A DNA stretch of 64,000 nt from assembly GCF_048403405.1 (NCBI RefSeq), contig NZ_CP183129.1; one strand, written 5' to 3'. Shown here piece by piece: positions 1 through 11,933 of this stretch; positions within the stretch are counted from its first letter, which is position 1, and each line of letters opens with the position of its first letter. This stretch comes from Escherichia coli (GTDB taxonomy: Bacteria > Pseudomonadota > Gammaproteobacteria > Enterobacterales > Enterobacteriaceae). The position numbers and the translations under genes are program-made. Under the pieces are notes generated by a model. The model did not search any database, was not told where the DNA came from, and was given only the letters and a program-made list of their open reading frames with translations.

Positions 1-1692
<1,692 letters not shown>

Positions 1693-1696
1693 TATT

Positions 1697-1720
1697 TAAC
1701 GCCGGTTTTAACCGGCGTTA
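1697..1720. terminator. perfect palindrome taacgccggtttt/aaccggcgtta between convergent lplT and tas; likely bidirectional terminator
   Basis: Inverted repeat read directly from the sequence, lying between two convergent stop codons. Confidence 0.5.
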
Positions 1721-1723
1721 ATC

Positions 1724-2764
1724 TTATGGTGCCGGATAAGTATAAACCTGATGTACCGCTTCAATTTCAGCTAATACGTCTTCGCTTAACTCCAGATGCA
1801 AACTTTCGACGTTAGTTTTCAGCTGCTCCATCGTGGTTGCGCCCAGCAGAGTGCTGGCAACAAACGGTTGACGGCGTACAAAAGCGAGCGCCATCTGAGC
1901 AGGATCCAGGCCATGACGTCTGGCGATATCAACATACGCCGCGACGGCTTTTTGCGTTTGCTCACCGCTATAGCGGGTGAAGCGACTAAAGAGCGTATTA
2001 CGTGCGCCAGCGGGTTTTGCACCATTGAGATATTTCCCGGTCAGTGTGCCGAAACCCAGGCACGAATAGGCCAGCAGTTCGACCCCTTCATACTGGCTGA
2101 CTTCTGCCAGACCTACTTCAAAACTGCGGTTTAACAGGCTGTAGGGGTTCTGAATGGTGACAATACGCGGCAGATCGTGTTTGTCCGCCAGATGCAGGTA
2201 GCGCATTACGCCAAATGCAGTTTCGTTCGACACGCCGATATAACGAATTTTTCCCGCGCGTTGGTACTCTGCCAGTGCGTCCAGCGTATCCAGCAGCGAA
2301 ACCGCAGGCGCAGAATCTGTCCAGCTATAACCGAGTTTGCCGAAGCAGTTGGTTGGGCGCTGCGGCCAGTGCACCTGATAGAGATCGAGGTAATCAGTCT
2401 GCAGACGCTTGAGGCTGTCATGCAGCGCTTCGCGGATATTCTTCCGATCCAGCGCCTGATCCGGGCGGATGCCCTTGTCATTATTGCGCGACGGTCCGCT
2501 CACTTTGGAGGCGATAATTAACTTTTCGCGGCTGCCATGTTTCGCCAGCCAGTTGCCGACGTAGGTTTCAGTCAACCCTTGCGTTTCGGGGCGTGGAGGT
2601 ACTGGGTACATTTCGGCAACGTCGATAAGGTTAATGCCCTGAGCGACGGCATAGTCGAGTTGTGCGTGGGCGTCGGCTTCGCTGTTCTGTTCACCAAACG
2701 TCATCGTGCCAAGCCCCAGCGTGCTGACTTCCAGCGAACTGTGGGGTATACGGTGATATTGCAT
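1724..2764 (-). CDS. tas: aldo-keto reductase (NADPH-dependent)
   Basis: 346-aa ORF with aldo/keto reductase family features; position between lplT and ygdR. Confidence 0.85.
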   Translation of the reverse strand: MQYHRIPHSSLEVSTLGLGTMTFGEQNSEADAHAQLDYAVAQGINLIDVAEMYPVPPRPETQGLTETYVGNWLAKHGSREKLIIASKVSGPSRNNDKGIRPDQALDRKNIREALHDSLKRLQTDYLDLYQVHWPQRPTNCFGKLGYSWTDSAPAVSLLDTLDALAEYQRAGKIRYIGVSNETAFGVMRYLHLADKHDLPRIVTIQNPYSLLNRSFEVGLAEVSQYEGVELLAYSCLGFGTLTGKYLNGAKPAGARNTLFSRFTRYSGEQTQKAVAAYVDIARRHGLDPAQMALAFVRRQPFVASTLLGATTMEQLKTNVESLHLELSEDVLAEIEAVHQVYTYPAP

Positions 2765-2871
2765 AGCCGTTTCCTTTTTATAATCACGACATAAGGAATA
2801 TAAAAATGGCAGAGGGAAGGGAAAAGGGAAAGAGAAAAATCTTAAGGCCAGCCGGATGCTGACCTTATTTG

Positions 2872-3090
2872 TTAACGTTCAATAATTTGCGAAACATCAT
2901 CACGGTTAATTTGCATCGCGTTACCTTGCTGATCGTGATAACTAACCAGCCCGGTATCATCATCAATTTCAGGTTTTCCATCGGTCAAAATCATACGGCC
3001 ATCTTTGGTCGCCATGACGTAATCACTGGAACACCCGGAAACAGCAAACGCCAGTCCGACTGCAGAAATTATTACTGCCCATTTTTTCAT
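2872..3090 (-). CDS. ygdR: small lipoprotein, DUF903 family
   Basis: 72-aa ORF with a lipobox (AVSGC); paralogous to the ygdI product at 36542..36772. Confidence 0.8.
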
Positions 3091-3227
3091 CCGGTTATCC
3101 TCATTTGACCCACCTATGATAATAGTCTGTTTATAAACCGACGTTATATATCTTGAAAGCAGGAAAATCTTAAACTGTGAGGGTAACAGGAGTGAGCACG
3201 CCCTCCCGCAGGAGAGCGTACGGAGTA

Positions 3228-3941
3228 TCAGAGCGGATTCTTTTTGTTGCGAATCAGGTTGAGGCTTTCAACCGCAATAGAGAAGAACATCGCAAAGTAG
3301 ATGTAACCTTTCGGTACGTGGATGTCGAAACTTTCCAGAATCAGGGTAAAGCCCACCAGAATCAGGAAAGAGAGCGCCAGCATTTTTACCGAAGGATGGC
3401 GTTCGACAAAATCACCAATCGAGCGCGCGGCAAACATCATCACGCCTACGGCAATCACCACGGCTGCCATCATAATAAACAGGTGATCTGACAGACCCAC
3501 AGCGGTAATCACCGAGTCGAGGCTGAAGATAATATCCAGCAGCATAATCTGCACGATAGCGCCGAGGAATGATGAAACGCGTGTTTTCAGCCCTTCTTCT
3601 TCACCTTCAATGGATTCGTGGATTTCCTTGCTGGCTTTCCAGATAAGGAACAAGCCACCCAGAAGCAGAATCAAATCACGGGCGGAAATTTCCTGGCTGA
3701 ATATTGTAAAAAGCGGATTTGTCAGGCGCGTAACCCAGGCGATTGATGCCAGCAGCGCCAGACGCATAACCATGGCTCCCGCCAATCCCAGACGGCGCGC
3801 ATGAGCACGTTGTGCTGTGGGGAGCTTTGCCACCACCAGAGAAAGAAAAATAATATTGTCGATCCCAAGAACGATCTCCAGCAGCGTCAGCGTACCGAGC
3901 GCAAGCCAGGCGTTAGGATCGGTTATCCATGCAAATAACAT
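3228..3941 (-). CDS. ygdQ: TerC-family integral membrane protein
   Basis: 237-aa hydrophobic ORF; synteny. Confidence 0.8.
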
Positions 3942-4009
3942 CTAAAAAGCCCTGCCAAAAAAATGAAGCGGTAATTATATGCCCGGAAAGCGGCAGGTCA
4001 AAGCGATGG

Positions 4010-4699
4010 CTACTGGATCAGAAAATGACGGGCCAGTAGTGCACTGGTGAAATTCTTCTTCAAATAAAAGCCGCGTGGCAGCGTCAGAATCCGTTCGCCC
4101 CGGGCACCAATGGCTTCGGTAAGCGCTTTCGCATTCGCTGCTTTCGGTCGTATCTGTAAATATTCCCCGTGACGAGCGGTAATCCGCTCAACCTGACCGA
4201 GAACAATCATATCCATTAATTCTTCCCAGTCTTCGCGTAGCTGTCGGTCTTCCTCTTCATTCGGGCTCCACAGCAACGGTGATCCTACGCGACGCTGCGC
4301 TAGCGGGATGCTGCGCTCGCCTTCAACCGGTATCCACAGCACGCGTTTGAGCTTGTGGCGCACGTGGCTGGTTTCCCAGGTCACTCCGCTATTGCCCGTT
4401 AACGGGGCAACACAAACGAATGTTGTTTCCAGCGGACGACCAAGACTATCCACAGGGATAGTTTTAAGTTCCACGCCCAGAGCAGCAAAATCTTGCTCAG
4501 GTTTACTCCCTGCGCTGGCACCTAGCCAGATCTCCAGTAACACGCCAATCCAGCCCTTATCGCGTTTTAAATTCTCTGGCGTAACCAGCCCGGCAAGTGC
4601 CGCCAGTTCTCCCAATGTATAACCAGAAAGTTGTTGTGCTTGCGCTAACAACTGTTCTTCAGTTTCGGGAGGAGAGAGCAGTGGGCGAGGTTGGGACAT
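4010..4699 (-). CDS. mutH: methyl-directed mismatch repair endonuclease MutH
   Basis: 229-aa ORF in the expected position; sequence consistent with MutH. Confidence 0.9.
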
Positions 4700-4859
4700 G
4701 TCACGATACCTTGGTTAAAAAACAAACAGCAATTATGTGCCGAATATTCGCAGTGTAACTTTTTCCACATGCGTTGTTCAATTCTCTGATTTATATTGCT
4801 TTTTAGGCTTCCTGTAATCGAGTTGCGCAACACTGCAACGGGTTTTCCAAATCTGGTCA

Positions 4860-5260
4860 CTGAAAATAAACAGGATCTTACACCATGTTATCCACAGAAA
4901 GCTGGGATAACTGTGAAAAACCTCCACTACTGTTTCCATTTACAGCCTTGACGTGCGACGAAACTCCAGTTTTTAGTGGTTCAGTGCTTAACTTAGTGGC
5001 ACATTCTGTGGATAAATACGGCATTGGTTGATCTTTAGCCAACCCGTAAATGAGAGGTGTGACCTGGGTCACGAATTACTCTTTTTTATTACTCAAATTA
5101 CATGTAATGCATTGACTGATAATGAATATTTTAAAATGTCTATATCGGGCTTATTCAGAATGCTCCGGGTTTTCCCGTAGTAATTCCGTAGTTCTTCACA
5201 ACTCTATCCACAGAAAAGGTGAATAAAAACGGCTATCCACCCCTTCCTCTGTTTATAACT
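4860..5260. promoter_or_regulatory. DARS2: DnaA-box cluster in the mutH-rppH intergenic region, consistent with DARS2 (DnaA-reactivating sequence 2)
   Basis: Seen: TTATCCACA at about 4888-4896 (+); an 8/9 box on the opposite strand at about 4910-4918; a perfect box on the opposite strand at about 5007-5015 (tgtggataa); cTATCCACA at about 5204-5212. From memory, DARS2 maps to the mutH-ygdP(rppH) intergenic region in K-12. Confidence 0.5.
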
Positions 5261-5383
5261 CTGCACATAACTGTGAGTTATTCAATTGTTATTAGTGTGT
5301 AATGCCCTGCAGAGAGTGGTTTACCGTCTTCCTGGAGTATGAAACAATCATTCGTATATAAAGCTTTATTTTGAGGTAGTCCG

Positions 5384-5914
5384 GTGATTGATGACGATGG
5401 CTACCGCCCAAACGTAGGTATCGTGATTTGTAATCGCCAGGGGCAGGTAATGTGGGCCCGGCGATTTGGTCAGCACTCCTGGCAATTTCCGCAAGGCGGA
5501 ATCAACCCCGGAGAATCCGCAGAGCAGGCGATGTACCGTGAATTGTTTGAAGAAGTGGGATTAAGCCGTAAAGACGTTCGAATCCTTGCTTCAACGCGTA
5601 ACTGGTTGCGCTACAAATTACCGAAACGTTTGGTGCGTTGGGACACGAAGCCGGTTTGTATCGGCCAAAAACAAAAATGGTTTCTCTTGCAGCTGGTGAG
5701 CGGCGATGCAGAAATCAATATGCAAACCAGCAGTACACCAGAGTTTGACGGCTGGCGATGGGTAAGTTACTGGTATCCGGTCAGACAGGTGGTGTCATTT
5801 AAACGTGATGTCTACCGTAGGGTAATGAAAGAGTTCGCGAGTGTGGTGATGTCACTGCAGGAAAATACACCAAAACCACAAAACGCATCTGCTTATCGAC
5901 GTAAAAGAGGTTAA
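5384..5914 (+). CDS. rppH: RNA pyrophosphohydrolase (Nudix)
   Basis: 176-aa ORF with a Nudix box ([22 protein letters not shown]); followed closely by ptsP. Confidence 0.9.
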
Positions 5915-5926
5915 GTCACGCCAATT

Positions 5927-8173
5927 ATGCTCACTCGCCTGCGCGAAATAGTCGAAAAGGTAGCCAGCGCACCACGCCTGAATGAGGCGTTAAATATTCT
6001 GGTTACCGACATCTGTCTTGCGATGGATACCGAGGTCTGTTCGGTTTACCTTGCCGATCATGATCGACGTTGTTACTACCTGATGGCGACCCGGGGGCTG
6101 AAAAAACCACGCGGTCGCACTGTAACGCTCGCGTTTGATGAAGGGATCGTCGGCCTGGTTGGCAGGCTGGCGGAACCGATAAACCTTGCAGATGCGCAAA
6201 AGCACCCCAGCTTCAAATACATCCCCTCCGTAAAAGAAGAACGTTTCCGCGCGTTTTTAGGCGTACCAATTATTCAACGTCGCCAGTTGCTTGGTGTACT
6301 GGTGGTACAGCAACGAGAGTTGCGCCAGTATGACGAAAGTGAAGAATCCTTCCTGGTGACGCTTGCCACCCAGATGGCTGCGATTCTTTCTCAGTCGCAG
6401 TTGACTGCCTTGTTTGGGCAATATCGCCAGACGCGAATCCGTGCATTACCGGCAGCGCCTGGTGTAGCGATTGCCGAAGGCTGGCAGGATGCCACGTTAC
6501 CTTTAATGGAACAGGTGTATCAGGCATCAACGCTGGATCCAGCTCTGGAACGCGAACGACTGACCGGGGCGCTGGAAGAAGCGGCAAACGAGTTTCGCCG
6601 CTACAGCAAACGCTTTGCCGCCGGTGCACAAAAAGAAACGGCGGCTATTTTCGATCTTTACTCACACCTGCTTTCGGATACCCGGCTGCGGCGCGAATTG
6701 TTTGCCGAGGTTGATAAAGGCTCGGTGGCAGAGTGGGCGGTAAAAACGGTCATTGAAAAATTTGCCGAACAGTTTGCCGCGCTAAGCGATAACTATCTCA
6801 AAGAGCGGGCTGGCGATTTACGTGCGCTGGGTCAGCGATTGCTGTTTCATCTTGATGACGCTAATCAAGGGCCGAACGCCTGGCCGGAACGTTTCATTCT
6901 GGTGGCAGATGAACTGTCAGCGACAACGCTTGCAGAGCTGCCCCAGGATCGCTTAGTCGGTGTTGTCGTGCGAGATGGCGCAGCCAACTCCCATGCTGCG
7001 ATCATGGTACGTGCGCTGGGGATCCCTACCGTAATGGGCGCGGATATTCAGCCTTCGGTGCTGCATCGTCGGACGTTGATCGTCGATGGTTATCGCGGTG
7101 AATTGCTGGTCGATCCGGAGCCGGTACTGCTGCAAGAATATCAGCGGCTAATTAGTGAAGAGATTGAGCTTAGCCGTCTGGCGGAAGATGACGTCAATTT
7201 ACCCGCCCAGTTAAAAAGCGGCGAGCGCATTAAAGTCATGCTCAATGCCGGTTTAAGCCCGGAACATGAAGAAAAACTGGGCAGCCGTATTGATGGCATC
7301 GGTCTTTATCGCACTGAAATCCCATTCATGCTGCAAAGTGGTTTTCCGTCGGAAGAAGAACAGGTGGCGCAGTATCAGGGGATGCTGCAAATGTTCAATG
7401 ATAAACCCGTCACCTTGCGTACGCTGGATGTCGGAGCAGATAAGCAGCTGCCTTACATGCCGATCAGCGAAGAGAATCCATGCCTGGGTTGGCGTGGGAT
7501 TCGCATTACGCTCGATCAGCCGGAGATCTTCTTGATCCAGGTGCGGGCGATGCTGCGTGCTAATGCCGCTACGGGCAACCTGAATATTCTGTTGCCGATG
7601 GTCACCAGCCTCGATGAAGTTGACGAAGCACGCCGCCTGATTGAACGTGCAGGACGTGAAGTCGAGGAGATGATCGGTTACGAAATTCCCAAACCACGTA
7701 TCGGCATCATGCTGGAAGTGCCGTCAATGGTATTTATGCTGCCGCATCTGGCAAAGCGGGTCGATTTTATCTCTGTTGGCACCAACGATCTGACTCAATA
7801 CATCCTGGCCGTTGATCGCAATAATACCCGGGTGGCGAACATTTATGACAGTCTTCATCCTGCAATGTTACGAGCTCTGGCGATGATCGCCCGGGAAGCG
7901 GAAATACATGGAATCGATCTCCGTTTGTGCGGTGAAATGGCGGGCGATCCCATGTGCGTGGCAATCCTCATTGGGCTTGGGTATCGCCATCTGTCTATGA
8001 ACGGACGTTCTGTAGCGCGCGTAAAATACCTGCTGCGGCGCATTGATTTTGCCGAAGCAGAAAATCTTGCGCAGCGTAGTCTGGAAGCGCAACTGGCGAC
8101 CGAAGTTCGCCATCAGGTTGCAGCCTTTATGGAGCGTCGCGGCATGGGCGGGCTGATTCGCGGAGGGTTATAG
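5927..8173 (+). CDS. ptsP: phosphoenolpyruvate-protein phosphotransferase EI-Ntr (GAF domain + PEP-utilising enzyme)
   Basis: 748-aa ORF; N-terminal GAF-like region followed by Enzyme I domains; synteny with rppH. Confidence 0.9.
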   Translation: MLTRLREIVEKVASAPRLNEALNILVTDICLAMDTEVCSVYLADHDRRCYYLMATRGLKKPRGRTVTLAFDEGIVGLVGRLAEPINLADAQKHPSFKYIPSVKEERFRAFLGVPIIQRRQLLGVLVVQQRELRQYDESEESFLVTLATQMAAILSQSQLTALFGQYRQTRIRALPAAPGVAIAEGWQDATLPLMEQVYQASTLDPALERERLTGALEEAANEFRRYSKRFAAGAQKETAAIFDLYSHLLSDTRLRRELFAEVDKGSVAEWAVKTVIEKFAEQFAALSDNYLKERAGDLRALGQRLLFHLDDANQGPNAWPERFILVADELSATTLAELPQDRLVGVVVRDGAANSHAAIMVRALGIPTVMGADIQPSVLHRRTLIVDGYRGELLVDPEPVLLQEYQRLISEEIELSRLAEDDVNLPAQLKSGERIKVMLNAGLSPEHEEKLGSRIDGIGLYRTEIPFMLQSGFPSEEEQVAQYQGMLQMFNDKPVTLRTLDVGADKQLPYMPISEENPCLGWRGIRITLDQPEIFLIQVRAMLRANAATGNLNILLPMVTSLDEVDEARRLIERAGREVEEMIGYEIPKPRIGIMLEVPSMVFMLPHLAKRVDFISVGTNDLTQYILAVDRNNTRVANIYDSLHPAMLRALAMIAREAEIHGIDLRLCGEMAGDPMCVAILIGLGYRHLSMNGRSVARVKYLLRRIDFAEAENLAQRSLEAQLATEVRHQVAAFMERRGMGGLIRGGL

Positions 8174-8323
8174 CGCGGATCATATACATATCTTTTAACG
8201 GTATCCGGCAACCAGCCTGGTCCCCTTGTGCTATTATTCGCACCTTTGGAGCGCCTGAAACCTGCGGCGCGCATTTCAATCGCTGTTCTCTTTCAGCGAA
8301 ATAACAAGAACTTGTGGTGACAG

Positions 8324-9199
8324 ATGACCAGTAGCTATCTGCATTTTCCGGAGTTTGATCCGGTCATTTTCTCAATAGGACCCGTAGCGCTTCACTGGTA
8401 CGGCCTGATGTATCTGGTGGGTTTCATTTTTGCAATGTGGCTGGCAACACGTCGGGCGAATCGTCCGGGCAGCGGCTGGACCAAAAATGAAGTTGAAAAC
8501 TTACTCTATGCGGGCTTCCTCGGCGTCTTCCTCGGGGGACGTATTGGTTATGTTCTGTTCTACAATTTCCCGCAGTTTATGGCCGATCCGCTGTATCTGT
8601 TCCGTGTCTGGGACGGCGGCATGTCTTTCCACGGCGGCCTGATTGGCGTTATCGTGGTGATGATTATCTTTGCCCGCCGTACTAAACGTTCCTTCTTCCA
8701 GGTCTCTGATTTTATCGCCCCACTCATTCCGTTTGGTCTTGGTGCCGGGCGTCTGGGCAACTTTATTAACGGTGAATTGTGGGGCCGCGTTGACCCGAAC
8801 TTCCCGTTTGCCATGCTGTTCCCTGGCTCCCGTACAGAAGATATTTTGCTGCTGCAAACCAACCCGCAGTGGCAATCCATTTTCGACACTTACGGTGTGC
8901 TGCCGCGCCACCCATCACAGCTTTACGAGCTGCTGCTGGAAGGTGTGGTGCTGTTTATTATCCTCAACCTGTATATTCGTAAACCGCGCCCAATGGGAGC
9001 AGTCTCAGGCTTGTTCCTGATTGGTTACGGCGCGTTTCGCATCATTGTTGAGTTTTTCCGCCAGCCCGACGCGCAGTTTACCGGTGCCTGGGTGCAGTAC
9101 ATCAGCATGGGGCAAATTCTTTCCATCCCGATGATTGTCGCGGGTGTGATCATGATGGTCTGGGCATATCGTCGCAGCCCACAGCAACACGTTTCCTGA
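8324..9199 (+). CDS. lgt: prolipoprotein diacylglyceryl transferase
   Basis: 291-aa membrane ORF; immediately upstream of thyA (6-bp gap). Confidence 0.9.
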
Positions 9200-9205
9200 G
9201 GAACC

Positions 9206-10000
9206 ATGAAACAGTATTTAGAACTGATGCAAAAAGTGCTCGACGAAGGCACACAGAAAAACGACCGTACCGGAACCGGAACGCTTTCCATTTTTGGTCA
9301 TCAGATGCGTTTTAACCTGCAGGATGGATTCCCGCTGGTGACAACTAAACGTTGCCACCTGCGTTCCATCATCCATGAACTGCTGTGGTTTCTGCAGGGC
9401 GACACTAACATTGCTTATCTACACGAAAACAATGTCACCATCTGGGACGAATGGGCCGATGAAAACGGCGACCTCGGGCCAGTGTATGGTAAACAGTGGC
9501 GCGCCTGGCCAACGCCAGATGGTCGTCATATTGACCAGATCACTACGGTACTGAACCAGCTGAAAAACGACCCGGATTCGCGCCGCATTATTGTTTCAGC
9601 GTGGAACGTAGGCGAACTGGATAAAATGGCGCTGGCACCGTGCCATGCATTCTTCCAGTTCTATGTGGCAGACGGCAAACTCTCTTGCCAGCTTTATCAG
9701 CGCTCCTGTGACGTCTTCCTCGGCCTGCCGTTCAACATTGCCAGCTACGCGTTACTGGTGCATATGATGGCGCAGCAGTGCGATCTGGAAGTGGGTGATT
9801 TTGTCTGGACCGGTGGCGATACGCACCTGTACAGCAACCATATGGATCAAACTCATCTGCAATTAAGCCGCGAACCGCGTCCGCTGCCGAAGTTGATTAT
9901 CAAACGTAAACCCGAATCCATCTTCGACTACCGTTTCGAAGACTTTGAGATTGAAGGCTACGATCCGCATCCGGGCATTAAAGCGCCGGTGGCTATCTAA
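9206..10000 (+). CDS. thyA: thymidylate synthase
   Basis: 264-aa ORF with the active-site region ([13 protein letters not shown]) and conserved C-terminus. Confidence 0.95.
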
Positions 10001-10021
10001 TTACGAAACATCCTGCCAGAG

Positions 10022-10049
10022 CCGACGCCAGTGTGCGTCGGTTTTTTTT
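10022..10049 (+). terminator. intrinsic terminator after thyA (ccgacgc-loop-gcgtcgg followed by a T run)
   Basis: Hairpin plus T8 read directly from the sequence, about 20 nt after the thyA stop. Confidence 0.6.
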
Positions 10050-10184
10050 ACCCTCCGTTAAATTCTTCGAGACACCTTCCCGAAATTTTGCAACGTCCTG
10101 CAACGGCGTAAATAGTCCGGAAGATGCGCCGAAGAAATAGAAACTGGCCCTCGTCTTTTTTTCTCCTCGCTCCATACTGCCGGC

Positions 10185-10655
10185 ATGAAAACACAACGTG
10201 GTTATACGCTGATTGAAACGCTGGTCGCGATGCTGATTCTGGTCATGCTAAGCGCAAGTGGACTCTATGGCTGGCAATACTGGCAGCAGTCGCAACGGCT
10301 TTGGCAAACCGCCAGCCAGGCGCGGGACTATTTGCTCTATTTACGTGAAGATGCCAACTGGCATAACCGCGACCACAGTATCAGTCTTATCAGGGAGGGG
10401 ACGTTATGGTGCCTTGTGAGTTCCGCTGCTGGGGCCAATACCTGTCATGGCAGTTCACCATTGGTCTTTGTGCCACGCTGGCCCGAAGTCGAAATGAGCG
10501 ATCTGACACCTTCGCTTGCTTTCTTTGGCCTGCGCAATACCGCATGGGCCGGGCATATTCGCTTCAAAAACTCAACGGGCGAGTGGTGGCTGGTGGTTTC
10601 GCCGTGGGGAAGACTCCGGCTTTGTCAGCAAGGAGAAACAGAAGGATGCCTATAA
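10185..10655 (+). CDS. ppdA: prepilin-type N-terminal cleavage/methylation-domain protein (pseudopilin-like)
   Basis: 156-aa ORF with N-terminal [11 protein letters not shown] pilin-type signal. Confidence 0.8.
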   Translation: MKTQRGYTLIETLVAMLILVMLSASGLYGWQYWQQSQRLWQTASQARDYLLYLREDANWHNRDHSISLIREGTLWCLVSSAAGANTCHGSSPLVFVPRWPEVEMSDLTPSLAFFGLRNTAWAGHIRFKNSTGEWWLVVSPWGRLRLCQQGETEGCL

Positions 10656-11209
10656 AAGAGCAAGGTTTTTCTCTGCTGGAAGTGTTGATTGCTATGGCGA
10701 TCAGTAGCGTATTGTTGCTGGGGGCTGCACGCTTTCTGCCTGCGTTACAGCGTGACAGTTTAACGAGCACCCGTAAGCTGGCGCTGGAAGATGAAATCTG
10801 GCTGCGGGTATTTACCGTTGCGAAGCATCTCCAGAGGGCGGGTTATTGTCATGGCAGCTGTACCGGCGAAGGGCTGGAAATTGTCGGACAGGGTGACTGT
10901 GTCATTGTGCAGTGGGATGCGAACAGTAACGGTATCTGGGATCGCGAACCGGTAAAAGAGTCCGACCAGATTGGATTTCGTCTGAAGGAGCATGTGCTGG
11001 AAACGCTACGCGGTGCGACATCCTGTGAAGGTAAGGGCTGGGATAAAGTCACTAATCCGGATGCCATCATTATCGACACTTTTCAGGTTACCCGACAGGA
11101 GGTCAGCGGTTTCTCGCCGGTGTTGACGGTTAATATGCACGCTGCCAGCAAGGCTGATCCGCAAACCGTGGTGGATGCCAGCTATAGCGTGACAGGATCC
11201 AACCTGTGA
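10646..11209 (+). CDS. ppdB: prepilin-type pseudopilin-like protein
   Basis: ATG at 10646 gives [17 protein letters not shown] (pilin-type N-terminus). The longer ORF-track call from 10406 is an upstream extension overlapping ppdA. Confidence 0.75.
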   Translation: MPIKEQGFSLLEVLIAMAISSVLLLGAARFLPALQRDSLTSTRKLALEDEIWLRVFTVAKHLQRAGYCHGSCTGEGLEIVGQGDCVIVQWDANSNGIWDREPVKESDQIGFRLKEHVLETLRGATSCEGKGWDKVTNPDAIIIDTFQVTRQEVSGFSPVLTVNMHAASKADPQTVVDASYSVTGSNL

Positions 11210-11613
11210 ACCGCGAAAAGGGTGTTTCGTCACTGGCTCTGGTCCTTATGCTGCTGGTTTTGGGTAGCTTGCTATTACAAGGAATGAGCCAACAGGATCG
11301 CAGTTTTGCCTCTCGCGTGAGCATGGAAAGTCAGTCATTGCGCCGCCAGGCCATCGTTCAGTCGGCGCTGGAGTGGGGAAAAATGCACTCCTGGCAGACG
11401 CAGCCCGCAGTTCAGTGCTTACTGTATGCTGCCACCGGTGCCCGGGGTTGTCTGCGTTTATTGGCAGATAATGAGGCCGTATTGATTGCCGGTTATGAAG
11501 GCGTTTCGTTGTGGCGAACAGGCGAAGTCATCGATGGAAACATTGTTTTTTCGCCACGCGGCTGGAGCGATTTTTGTCCGCTGAAAGAGAGGGCGTTATG
11601 TCAGCTTCCCTGA
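11206..11613 (+). CDS. ygdB: small protein of the ppd operon, hydrophobic N-terminus
   Basis: 135-aa ORF whose start overlaps the ppdB stop; synteny. Confidence 0.7.
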   Translation: MNREKGVSSLALVLMLLVLGSLLLQGMSQQDRSFASRVSMESQSLRRQAIVQSALEWGKMHSWQTQPAVQCLLYAATGARGCLRLLADNEAVLIAGYEGVSLWRTGEVIDGNIVFSPRGWSDFCPLKERALCQLP

Positions 11614-11921
11614 AGAATCAACAAGGCTTTAGCCTGCCGGAGGTAATGTTGGCGATGGTGTTGATGGTGATGATTGTCACTGCGTTATCGGGTTTCCAGC
11701 GAACATTAATGAACAGTCTTGCCAGCAGAAACCAGTACCAACAGCTCTGGCGGCATGGCTGGCAGCAAACGCAACTGCGCGCGATTTCGCCACCTGCCAA
11801 CTGGCAGGTCAACCGAATGCAGACATCGCAGGCGGGATGTGTCAGCATCAGCGTTACGCTAGTTTCACCCGGGGGCAGAGAAGGCGAGATGACCCGCCTG
11901 CATTGCCCGAATCGTCAGTAG
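11598..11921 (+). CDS. ppdC: prepilin-type pseudopilin-like protein
   Basis: ATG at 11598 gives [20 protein letters not shown] (pilin-type N-terminus); the ORF-track start at 11511 is an extension. Confidence 0.75.
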   Translation: MSASLKNQQGFSLPEVMLAMVLMVMIVTALSGFQRTLMNSLASRNQYQQLWRHGWQQTQLRAISPPANWQVNRMQTSQAGCVSISVTLVSPGGREGEMTRLHCPNRQ

Positions 11922-11933
11922 TCAGGAGCCGCT

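Noticed and set aside
4645-5072. Small minus-strand ORFs (71 aa and 64 aa) in the mutH-rppH intergenic region
   Set aside because: No RBS or motif support; one overlaps the mutH 5' end and the region is better explained as the non-coding DnaA-box cluster (DARS2). A genuine small protein here cannot be fully excluded.
10406-10645. Upstream extension of ppdB (ORF-track 267 aa)
   Set aside because: Overlaps ppdA in another frame; the pilin-type N-terminus begins at the ATG at 10646.
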